The translations under genes and the position numbers were made by a program. Under the pieces are notes generated by a model. The model was not told the origin of the DNA and did not search any database. It worked only from the letters and a program-made list of their open reading frames with translations. This document shows positions 35,834-43,627 of a DNA stretch of 64,000 nt, piece by piece. This DNA is from Nitrospirota bacterium (GTDB lineage Bacteria > Nitrospirota > 9FT-COMBO-42-15 > HDB-SIOI813). Where the stretch lies: NCBI GenBank assembly GCA_016212215.1, contig JACRGV010000131.1, positions 655 to 64,654 of the forward strand, written 5' to 3'. Every line of letters starts with the position of its first letter. Position 1 is the stretch's first letter.

Positions 35834-36867
35834 TGTTTTTTCTTTTTAGACTCTAATAATTTATTTACCTCACGGTCAAAGTCAGATTCAAACAGCCTGT
35901 CCTGAACAATCCTGTATTTTTCATATTCGCTTTCCGCCAGTGCTACTGCAACCTCATGGCTGACATTGCCACTGTCTTTCAAAATATCCTCTTCATTAAA
36001 CTGCAAAAAAGCATCTAACTTAGTTACCCAGTCTTTCATATACATGATGATGCCTTTTTGTGCCTGCATTTCCGCATAATCAAGGTACATGGTAACAATC
36101 CGGTTGAGCAGGTTCAATTCTTTTTCATCCAGATAATTTTTTGCAATACTGACATCGGTTTTGCGGATTGCACCTTTGGGGCTGTTTTTCCAACTGGTTA
36201 AACCCATATTCGGCTTTTTGCTATCGGCTCTTTGAGCAATGATTTCCGCTGCAGTCTGCCCGCTTATGGCAAAGTGCAGTTTATTCTGTACTACGGCAAA
36301 GAATTGTTTAGTGATTTCTGTATTCGGATTATAATCAGCGCTGCATTGTGCGTATATATCAGTAATCTTTTGATAGAACCTTCGCTCGCTGCTGCGGATA
36401 TTCCTGATGCGGGCCAGTTGCTCTTCAAAGTAGTCCTGCCCAAAGATGTTATTGGGATTTTTAAGCCGCTCATCATCCATGGCAAAGCCTTTGATTATAT
36501 ATTCTTTCAGCACCTGAGTTGCCCATATACGGAATTGGGTTGCTTTCTGCGAATTAACCCGATAGCCTACAGAAATGATAGCATCGAGGTTATAAAAGTT
36601 TGTCTGATAGCTCTTGCCGTCAGCGGCAGTATGTGCAAAATTTGCACATACTGAATTTTCCTGTAACTCTCTGCTTTCAAAAATGTTTATAAGATGTTTC
36701 GTAATAACGGACCGATCCACATCAAAAAGTTCAGCAATCTTTGCCTGTGTCAGCCATATATTTTCATGGTGTAAAAAAATCTCTACCTTCACCTTGCCAT
36801 TAGGCGTGGTGTAGAGCAAAAACTCCGTGAAGCTGTTTTGTGGAACAACCTGTTTATTTTTTTTCAT
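35830..36867 (-). CDS. rhuM: RhuM-family protein
   Basis: IWLTQAKIAELF.., YNLDAIISVGYRVNSQKATQFRIWAT. This family is commonly embedded in type I R-M loci. Confidence 0.8.
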   Translation of the reverse strand: MKKNKQVVPQNSFTEFLLYTTPNGKVKVEIFLHHENIWLTQAKIAELFDVDRSVITKHLINIFESRELQENSVCANFAHTAADGKSYQTNFYNLDAIISVGYRVNSQKATQFRIWATQVLKEYIIKGFAMDDERLKNPNNIFGQDYFEEQLARIRNIRSSERRFYQKITDIYAQCSADYNPNTEITKQFFAVVQNKLHFAISGQTAAEIIAQRADSKKPNMGLTSWKNSPKGAIRKTDVSIAKNYLDEKELNLLNRIVTMYLDYAEMQAQKGIIMYMKDWVTKLDAFLQFNEEDILKDSGNVSHEVAVALAESEYEKYRIVQDRLFESDFDREVNKLLESKKKKQ

Positions 36868-36870
36868 AAG

Positions 36871-36999
36871 TTACACCTCAATCGCTCCGCTCATCAGCCA
36901 GGGCAAAAGCAAATCTCGGGCTTGGGAGAGTTTTTGATTTTGATTTGATAGATTCTCTATTTGAGGCTCTTGCCCTTGAAAATGTCGCCTCTGATTCAT
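36871..36999 (-). pseudogene. hsdS: Type I R-M specificity subunit (HsdS), C-terminal remnant
   Basis: The minus frame ends ...QNQKLSQARDLLLPWLMSGAIEV*, the conserved HsdS C-terminal helix. Only about 42 codons are open. Confidence 0.6.
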
Positions 37000-37411
37000 C
37001 GGCTATCCTTTTGTATGGTGTTTTATGCAAAACAAATTCTACCAAAAGGAGAGCAATTTTTCATCAAAAAAATCCACTTAAGTTATAACTTTTGCAAGAG
37101 CCTAATCTTGTAACCAGCATTGCGGGAGAAGAAGAGTTCAGACCCTCTCTGTTTCCTGACCTGATTATCGCTCTCAAAGAAATCTGGAAGTAAAATTGAT
37201 ATTGGAGGATTTTGTTACCTTCATCCGTAACCCCCTCCTGAGCCACTCTAATCAACAAATTATTTATCTTTTTATACACTCTGATTTTATGGTAAAATTA
37301 GCCGTTTTTTTATTATGTAGCAAAATTGCAAGAAAGAAATATTCAAAAAGGGAGTGACATCTTTATAGTTGACTCCAGTGACCAGAATTGGAATGCCAGA
37401 GAGTGACGGGT

Positions 37412-38119
37412 ATGCCTTTAACGTTAGAGAAACTAAAAAAGCAGTTAGAAAGCATAAAGGCTATGGGTTTCATTAAAACTCGCAGATTACATGACACAGG
37501 CATTGGAAAAACTCTGGAGGATCTTTTAGGGATTAAAGAGAACAACTTTCAAATACCGGATGTCGGCGATGTTGAACTGAAGGCCAAGAGGATTGACTCC
37601 GGAAGTATGCTTACAATTGCAACAAAGTCACCGGAACCCAAGGGGATTAATAAATTTTTGTTTGAAAAATATAAATATACCGACAACGAAGGTCGTTTCA
37701 ACCTCCATTCTACTGTTTACGGGTCTCGGGAAAATCCTCAAACATTCAGGGTTGTTTTTGAATATGATCGCCTTGTTTTAAGAAATAAATTAAATATAGA
37801 GGCTTACTGGCCAATTTCTATCTTTGATAGTGTTTTAAAGGCAAAGTCAAATATAATTTTATTAGTTTACGCTGAAACTAAAGGCAAGAGAAAAACTGCA
37901 GAAGAACAATTCCACTTTGTAGAAGCATATTTGTTATCAAACCTCAATTTAAATAAATTTCAATCTGCTGTAGAGAATGACAAATTAAAGATTGATATTA
38001 GGATAGGTGCATATAGAAGCGGTAAAAATAAAGGCAGATACCACGACCATGGGACAGCTTTTAGAATAAATAAAAAGGATTTTCTTCATCTTTATGATAA
38101 TTTCAATCAAATTATTTAA
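37412..38119 (+). CDS. BcnI/MvaI-family type II restriction endonuclease
   Basis: TGIGKTLEDLLGIKENN..PDVGDVELKAKR, LLVYAETKG...EEQFHFVEAYLL and HDHGTAFRI....F..LY match my recollection of BcnI/MvaI. Confidence 0.7.
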   Translation: MPLTLEKLKKQLESIKAMGFIKTRRLHDTGIGKTLEDLLGIKENNFQIPDVGDVELKAKRIDSGSMLTIATKSPEPKGINKFLFEKYKYTDNEGRFNLHSTVYGSRENPQTFRVVFEYDRLVLRNKLNIEAYWPISIFDSVLKAKSNIILLVYAETKGKRKTAEEQFHFVEAYLLSNLNLNKFQSAVENDKLKIDIRIGAYRSGKNKGRYHDHGTAFRINKKDFLHLYDNFNQII

Positions 38120-39981
38120 TCCTTTCTCAAAACAACAATACTCTCTTTATTCATTGTCTCTTCTAATGCTCCAACAATATTAGTCGGTGAATTTTTCATA
38201 GGCATTCTTTTGCCAGGAATATTTCTCACAAAAATATCTTCACAAGTAAATCCTATACTCTCACTCAATTCAGCAATAATAAAATCAGTAGGTATCCTTA
38301 CTTGCTTCACCATTCTATTACCAATTACAATGCAGAAATATTTTTTTGGTTTCAGTATCCTATGGGCTTGCCTTAAACAAGTGTTTAATCCGATATAAAA
38401 ACTTAATACCTCTTTAGCCCTCTTTTCATCTCTCTTTATAATTTTATCTAATGATTCTTTTAAATAATTAGAAAGTAAATGATGCTCTATAGTTTTAGTG
38501 GCTTTACCGCCGAGCAGCTCATTATCTAAACCGGAAGCCTTATTTGGGTCATCAAAAATATTAGCCCATTGTGCCGACAATCGTGAAAATTGACCATAAG
38601 CAACGGTAGTTCTGCTGTCTCCATAAGGGGGGGAGGTTAATATAAAATCAATTGAGTTATCTTTTATTTTATTATCTTTTGCAGAATCTCCATAAATTAT
38701 TTTTGTAAATACGTCTTTACCTGCTTCCTTATAAAAATCTGCCATTCCTTTTATGTTGAGTTCTGTTCTTTTTCTAAAAATTCCTAAAACATCAGGACAA
38801 TAGTTTTCCAATTTATCTCTGCTTATTCTCACAAGCTTAAATTCCCCACTCTTTGTGTTTGATGATAATCTGACACTTTCACTGAAAGGTATCATAAAAA
38901 AATTTCTTATATCTGAATTCTCTATTTTTAAAATAGCGTCTTTTATTTTGGCTAACTGTAGAATAACATCTTCCTTAAACCAGAAATCAATATTGTTAAA
39001 ATTAGGTTTATGTACTTCTTTCCCCTTTACTTTATCAATCTCTGAAAGCAATTTAAAATATGCTTTTGTAAGTAAAGAGGGATTTATCGGAGTTGTTTTA
39101 ACCCTTGCCAGCAAGATTGCTAATGGATTCAAATCTATCCCATAAGCATTTCTTCCTAACAGTTTACTTTCAACTAATGCTGTACCGGATCCACAGAATA
39201 TATCACAAATCGTATCTCCTTTTTGGCTATAAGTTTCTAATAGTCGGCGTGCAACTTGAGGAATGAACATTGCAGGATAGGTATGTATACCGTGAGTATA
39301 TTGCTTAGTATTTTCTCCCTTATAATCCCATGAATAATCTATTCTTCTAACATATTTTTCATCTTTTACTCTTTCTTTCTCGATTTGAGTTTCTAAATTT
39401 CTAATAATTTTTACGACAATCCCTCTTATCTCTACATCCTCTCTGTAGAAAGGAAATAGTGTAGGGTTTGCCGGTTGAAGTCTAATGCGGTCTCTTTCTC
39501 TATAAATTTTCTTAAGTGTTGCCTGATTATCATCAATAATTGCAACGACTGTTTGCCCGTTATCTGCAAATTCCTGTTTTCTGATAATGACAATATCCCC
39601 ATCAAAAATTCCTTCATCAATCATACTGTTGCCTTGTACTCTTAATGCATAATGTTTGCCGTGTGTTCCAACTTCGTCTTTTGAAATGGCAATGATTTCA
39701 TTAGGAGCTTCTATTGGTTCGATGGGTTGACCCGCTGCAATCGTCCCGACTAAAGAGACCTCAATAATTGATTTCTCTTTTACTGGAGATAAAGCTCTTG
39801 GTTGGTTATATTCTTTTTGTAAGTATCCGGATTCTTGTAATTTCTTTACATGATGATGAGCAGTTGAAACAGAAGATAGTTTAAGATGTTTTTTTATTTC
39901 CTCAAGAGATGGTGAAAGACCTTTCTTATTTCTAAAAGATGTTATAAAATCAAGGGCTTGTTTCTGTCGTTTTGTAAGCAT
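38116..39981 (-). CDS. LexA (HTH + S24 peptidase) fused to an amino-methyltransferase (SPPY, likely N4-cytosine or N6-adenine)
   Basis: aa 1-205 read MLTKRQKQALDFI.., the AAGQP cleavage-site motif, GNSM (Ser) and TLKK (Lys). aa 215-621 contain HTYPAMFIPQ, DIFCGSGT (motif I) and LTSPPYGD (motif IV). It is one uninterrupted ORF. Confidence 0.75.
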   Translation of the reverse strand: MLTKRQKQALDFITSFRNKKGLSPSLEEIKKHLKLSSVSTAHHHVKKLQESGYLQKEYNQPRALSPVKEKSIIEVSLVGTIAAGQPIEPIEAPNEIIAISKDEVGTHGKHYALRVQGNSMIDEGIFDGDIVIIRKQEFADNGQTVVAIIDDNQATLKKIYRERDRIRLQPANPTLFPFYREDVEIRGIVVKIIRNLETQIEKERVKDEKYVRRIDYSWDYKGENTKQYTHGIHTYPAMFIPQVARRLLETYSQKGDTICDIFCGSGTALVESKLLGRNAYGIDLNPLAILLARVKTTPINPSLLTKAYFKLLSEIDKVKGKEVHKPNFNNIDFWFKEDVILQLAKIKDAILKIENSDIRNFFMIPFSESVRLSSNTKSGEFKLVRISRDKLENYCPDVLGIFRKRTELNIKGMADFYKEAGKDVFTKIIYGDSAKDNKIKDNSIDFILTSPPYGDSRTTVAYGQFSRLSAQWANIFDDPNKASGLDNELLGGKATKTIEHHLLSNYLKESLDKIIKRDEKRAKEVLSFYIGLNTCLRQAHRILKPKKYFCIVIGNRMVKQVRIPTDFIIAELSESIGFTCEDIFVRNIPGKRMPMKNSPTNIVGALEETMNKESIVVLRKD

Positions 39982-40027
39982 ATAACTATCACCTCATGTT
40001 TTCGATTTATTTTCTATTGGCAGGTAA

Positions 40028-40056
40028 TTTATATCGAAACTTTATCGAAATGTCAA
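40028..40056 (-). promoter_or_regulatory. Promoter with embedded TTTCGAT direct repeats upstream of the LexA-MTase gene
   Basis: The minus strand reads TTGACA-TTTCGATAAAGTTTCGA-TATAAA with a 17-bp spacer. A third, inverted copy (ATCGAAA) sits next to the SD GAGGTG. Confidence 0.5.
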
Positions 40057-40078
40057 TTAATTTATTTTTATAAAATCC

Positions 40079-43000
40079 TTAATCCCCCCTCCCTGTAGGA
40101 TGGCAATTCAAACACTGGCTGTTGGTGTAATTCTTTTTGTGTTCATTTCCGTGGCAGGTTGTGCATCCGCCGCTGTTTTTATATGCGACTGCAGGATGAC
40201 AGGCAGCGCAGTCAGCGGGATTTGTTCCCCTGTGATTGAGGGGGAAGGTGGTTGACGGGTGAGTGAAGGTCCATGTGGTTGTAGACTTATGACAGGTTTC
40301 ACAGGTGGTCCAATTATTCGCAGTATGGTCTGCCGGTTTCGCAGGTGTACTTTTCGTTGCGTGACATGTTGAGCATCCGGATTTTACTGCTGAATGGGTG
40401 AATGTCCATGCTGTTGTAGACTTATGACAATCTTCACAGGTGGTCCAGTTATTTGTTGTGTGACTTGTGGGTTTCGCAGGTGTACTGTAACTTGTGTGAC
40501 ATACGGAACATCCTGATGTTGATATTGAATGGCTGAATGTCCATGCAGTTGTGGACTTGTGGCAATTCTCACAAGTGGTCCAGTTGTTCGTTGTGTGGTC
40601 TCCAGGTTTCTTAGGTGTACTGTAACTTGTGTGACAGGTAGAACAGCCTGTCTTTGCAGTCGGGTGAGTGAATGACCATGATGCCCCTTGTGTGAAGGTA
40701 TGACAACTCCCGCATTTTGTCCAGTTGTTTGCAGGATGGCTCGAAGGTTTCACTGGATTGCTGTATGTAAGATGGCAAGTGGAACAATCAGTTATTGCAG
40801 AAGGGTGCGTAAAAGCCCATGCCGGATATTTGTGGCAGGTTTCGCATGTTGTCCATGTATTTGCAGTATGGCTTGCCGGCTTCTGAGGATTACTATAACT
40901 TGAATGACACGCGGCGCATCCTGTTGTTACAGATGTATGTTTACGCGAACCCCACGATACTATGGATGTATGGCATGTCTCACATGTATCAGGGTATGCG
41001 GCCGGATTTGCTGTATGGCTGAGCGGCTTTGCTGAAAGATGACAGTTCGAGCAGTTGGATGTCGTCCCCGTTATATTGATATGTTTGAAACTCCACGAAG
41101 CGGCTGACACATTATGACACTGAGTGCAGTCCTGACTGTATGCCCTGAGAAGATGATTGGGTGCTGAGTAGTATGTGGAGAGATGGCAATTAACACAGAC
41201 AGATGATGTGCCTCTGTACTGCCGATTCTTGTGACACTCCTGACACTCTGCATCTCTATGTTTGCCTGAAAGCGGGAATCCCGTATCATTATGCCTGAAT
41301 CCCACAGCCTGCCATGAATTCTGGCTGTGACATTTGGAACATTCAATACTGCCGAACTGGTTCAGGTGCGGGTCTGTGTGGCACTGGTTACAGTACCGGT
41401 TTACCTTTTTATAGTTGTCTTTTGACTTGTGACAATAATTACAGGGCACATCATTGTGAAGCCCTTTCAACTCAAATCCGGTTCTTTTTTTATGGTCAAA
41501 CTTCCTCGCCTCCCAGTCAAACTGCGTATGGCATGAACTGCACTCTTCCTTAAACTCCCCCTTGTGTATGTCCTTATGGCAGTCAACGCATCGCTCTGCC
41601 TTTGTCTTATACCGCTTCTCCTTATGGCATTTCTCACATTCCGTATCCTTGTGTTTACCTATCAATGGAAACTTTGTCTGAAGGTTATGATTCAGGGTCG
41701 TCTTCTTCCAGTCCTCTGTTGTGTGACACTTCTTGCAGTTCTTACCAAGTTCTTCCTTGTGCACATCGTCTTTTTTATGACAGGTAAGACACTCCTGTTC
41801 AATCGGCCTATATTTTCCGTCTGCATGACACTTTTCACAATCTGTCTTCAGATGTTTCCCATCCAGCTTATAACCCTTATATTCCGGTGCATTGTGTTCA
41901 AACAGTATGGACTTCCAATCCTTTGTTACGTGACATGACTCACAGGTCTTATCTGCAAATTGTTTCTTGTGCGGATCAGTGTGACAGTCTGCTGAGTCGC
42001 AGGTCTTGTATTTAAGCGGTTTATAGCGTCCCTTTGTATGGCACTTTTCACACTTTACTTCTATATGTTTTCCTTCCATCTTGTATCCCTTGTATGCCGT
42101 TGCATTGTGGTCAAATGATGTTGTCTGCCATCCCTTTGTTGTATGACATGACTCACATGTCTTTCCTTCAAACTGTTTTTTATGCGGATCAGTGTGACAG
42201 TCTGCTGAATTGCATGTCTTGAAATTAAGCGGCTTATAGCGGCCTTTAGTATGGCACTTTTCACAATCAACCTTAAGGTGCTTGTCTTCGAGCTTATATC
42301 CTTTATATGCCGGTGCATTATGGTCAAACAGTACAGACTTCCAATCCATGGTTGTATGGCAGGACTCACATGTCTTTCCTTCAAACTGTTTTTTATGCGG
42401 GTCATTATGACAGTCTGATGAGTTGCATGTCTTATAATTAAGCGGTTTAAAGCGGCCTTTAGTATGGCACTTTTCACATTCAACTTTCAGATGTTTTCCA
42501 TCGAGCTTATATCCCTTGTACTCCGGGGCGTTGTGGTCAAACAGGATTGTCTTCCACCCTTTTGTAGTGTGGCATGATTCGCAGGTCTTTCCTGCAAGCT
42601 GTTTTTTGTGCGGGTCAGTGTGGCAGTCCGCTGAATTGCAGGTCTTGTAATTAAGAGGTTTATAGCGGCCTTTTGTATGGCACTTTGCACACTTTACTTC
42701 AATATGCTTGTCGGCGAGGATATACTTTGAATTTGTGTTGTGATTGAATTTTTTAATATCCTTCCAGCCCTTGATGTTGTGACAACGGCTGCAATCTTTA
42801 TCCAACTGACTATTGTGGTAATCCTTGTGACAAGACAGGCAATCCTGTTTCAGCCCTGTATAAACCCCGCTCTTTTTGTGACACTTATTACAACTCGTCT
42901 CAGCATGTTTATCTTCAAGCGGATAATCTGTAAGTTTATGGTCAAACTTCTTTTCATCAAGGGAGATCATCTGGTAGCCTCTTCCCTTGTGGTCGCTGTG

Positions 43001-43267
43001 GCAGGAGATGCAGGGGTCTGTGTATCTGGCATGGACGCCCTGTTTGTTCTTTATCTTAATCGCCAGTTTATCGTGACAATCAAGACAATTGCTGTCCGGA
43101 ACCCCGCCTCTCAGCTTATGACATTTTGTACAATTGGAAATGCCTTCGAATTTTGCATGAGGGGCCGCCAGCTTGCCGGGGCTTATGAGAGTCTCCATAC
43201 TGTCCTGAGCAAAGGAAGCTGACGAGATGAGGAGAAAACTTAGTAAGAAAAATATATATTTGTTCAT
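40079..43267 (-). CDS. Giant multiheme c-type cytochrome (cytochrome c3/c7-like repeats), secreted
   Basis: Signal peptide MNKYIFFLLSFLLISSASFA. My manual count is about 41 CxxCH plus 4 C-x4-CH (CNSADCH) motifs. There are internal tandem modules of about 71 aa and about 47 aa. Confidence 0.9.
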   Translation of the reverse strand: MNKYIFFLLSFLLISSASFAQDSMETLISPGKLAAPHAKFEGISNCTKCHKLRGGVPDSNCLDCHDKLAIKIKNKQGVHARYTDPCISCHSDHKGRGYQMISLDEKKFDHKLTDYPLEDKHAETSCNKCHKKSGVYTGLKQDCLSCHKDYHNSQLDKDCSRCHNIKGWKDIKKFNHNTNSKYILADKHIEVKCAKCHTKGRYKPLNYKTCNSADCHTDPHKKQLAGKTCESCHTTKGWKTILFDHNAPEYKGYKLDGKHLKVECEKCHTKGRFKPLNYKTCNSSDCHNDPHKKQFEGKTCESCHTTMDWKSVLFDHNAPAYKGYKLEDKHLKVDCEKCHTKGRYKPLNFKTCNSADCHTDPHKKQFEGKTCESCHTTKGWQTTSFDHNATAYKGYKMEGKHIEVKCEKCHTKGRYKPLKYKTCDSADCHTDPHKKQFADKTCESCHVTKDWKSILFEHNAPEYKGYKLDGKHLKTDCEKCHADGKYRPIEQECLTCHKKDDVHKEELGKNCKKCHTTEDWKKTTLNHNLQTKFPLIGKHKDTECEKCHKEKRYKTKAERCVDCHKDIHKGEFKEECSSCHTQFDWEARKFDHKKRTGFELKGLHNDVPCNYCHKSKDNYKKVNRYCNQCHTDPHLNQFGSIECSKCHSQNSWQAVGFRHNDTGFPLSGKHRDAECQECHKNRQYRGTSSVCVNCHLSTYYSAPNHLLRAYSQDCTQCHNVSAASWSFKHINITGTTSNCSNCHLSAKPLSHTANPAAYPDTCETCHTSIVSWGSRKHTSVTTGCAACHSSYSNPQKPASHTANTWTTCETCHKYPAWAFTHPSAITDCSTCHLTYSNPVKPSSHPANNWTKCGSCHTFTQGASWSFTHPTAKTGCSTCHTSYSTPKKPGDHTTNNWTTCENCHKSTTAWTFSHSISTSGCSVCHTSYSTPAKPTSHTTNNWTTCEDCHKSTTAWTFTHSAVKSGCSTCHATKSTPAKPADHTANNWTTCETCHKSTTTWTFTHPSTTFPLNHRGTNPADCAACHPAVAYKNSGGCTTCHGNEHKKNYTNSQCLNCHPTGRGD

Positions 43268-43401
43268 CCGAAAATCTCCTCCGGCGGGGTAAGAAAACCC
43301 CGCCTATCCAAATCAACGAGGATAGGCGGGACATTCCTGTCCCGCTGATTTTCATGGCCCTTTGTGAACCATGGTTCATGACGGTTCACCCGAAAATCTC
43401 C
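43262..43401 (-). repeat. Family A repeat, copy A7 (full length, reverse orientation)
   Basis: The reverse complement reads GGAGATTTTCGGGTGAAC..GTTCACAAAGGGCCATGAAAATCAGCGGGAC..CCGCCGGAGGAGATTTTCGGATGAAC. It contains the cytochrome ATG. Confidence 0.9.
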
Positions 43402-43417
43402 TAACAGCATAGAATGG

Positions 43418-43489
43418 TTCGACAGGCTCACCATGACACCCAAGTTGTCATCCTGAGCCTTCGGCTTCGCTCAGGACAGGCCTGTCGAA
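43418..43489. repeat. Nested hairpin element
   Basis: The outer inverted repeat TTCGACAGGC / GCCTGTCGAA encloses CCTGAGC-CTTCGGCTTC-GCTCAGG. Confidence 0.6.
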
Positions 43490-43627
43490 GAATGATTTCA
43501 TTTTCATCACCCGCCTATTATTATCTATTCTCCATATCATTTTCAACTTCTCAAATATATATGGCATATTATTCAGAATAAATGTATTATATTACGGTTC
43601 AATAAATAACAGAAAAGGAAAATAACA

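Noticed and set aside
37064-37279. A 71-aa minus-strand ORF between the hsdS remnant and the endonuclease gene.
   Set aside because: It has no SD and no recognisable motif, and it lies in decayed DNA. It is possibly another fragment, but this is unsupported.
35200-40080. An integrase, transposase or prophage border explaining the two accessory patches.
   Set aside because: No recombinase-like ORF, no att-like tRNA-flanking repeat and no phage structural genes are seen in the window. The mechanism by which the islands were acquired remains unknown.
40108-43222. Many 60-160-aa ORFs on both strands inside the multiheme cytochrome gene.
   Set aside because: They are by-products of the internal tandem DNA repeats and of the Cys/His-codon-rich sequence. 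The 1062-aa frame, with its signal peptide and CxxCH motifs, is clearly the real one.
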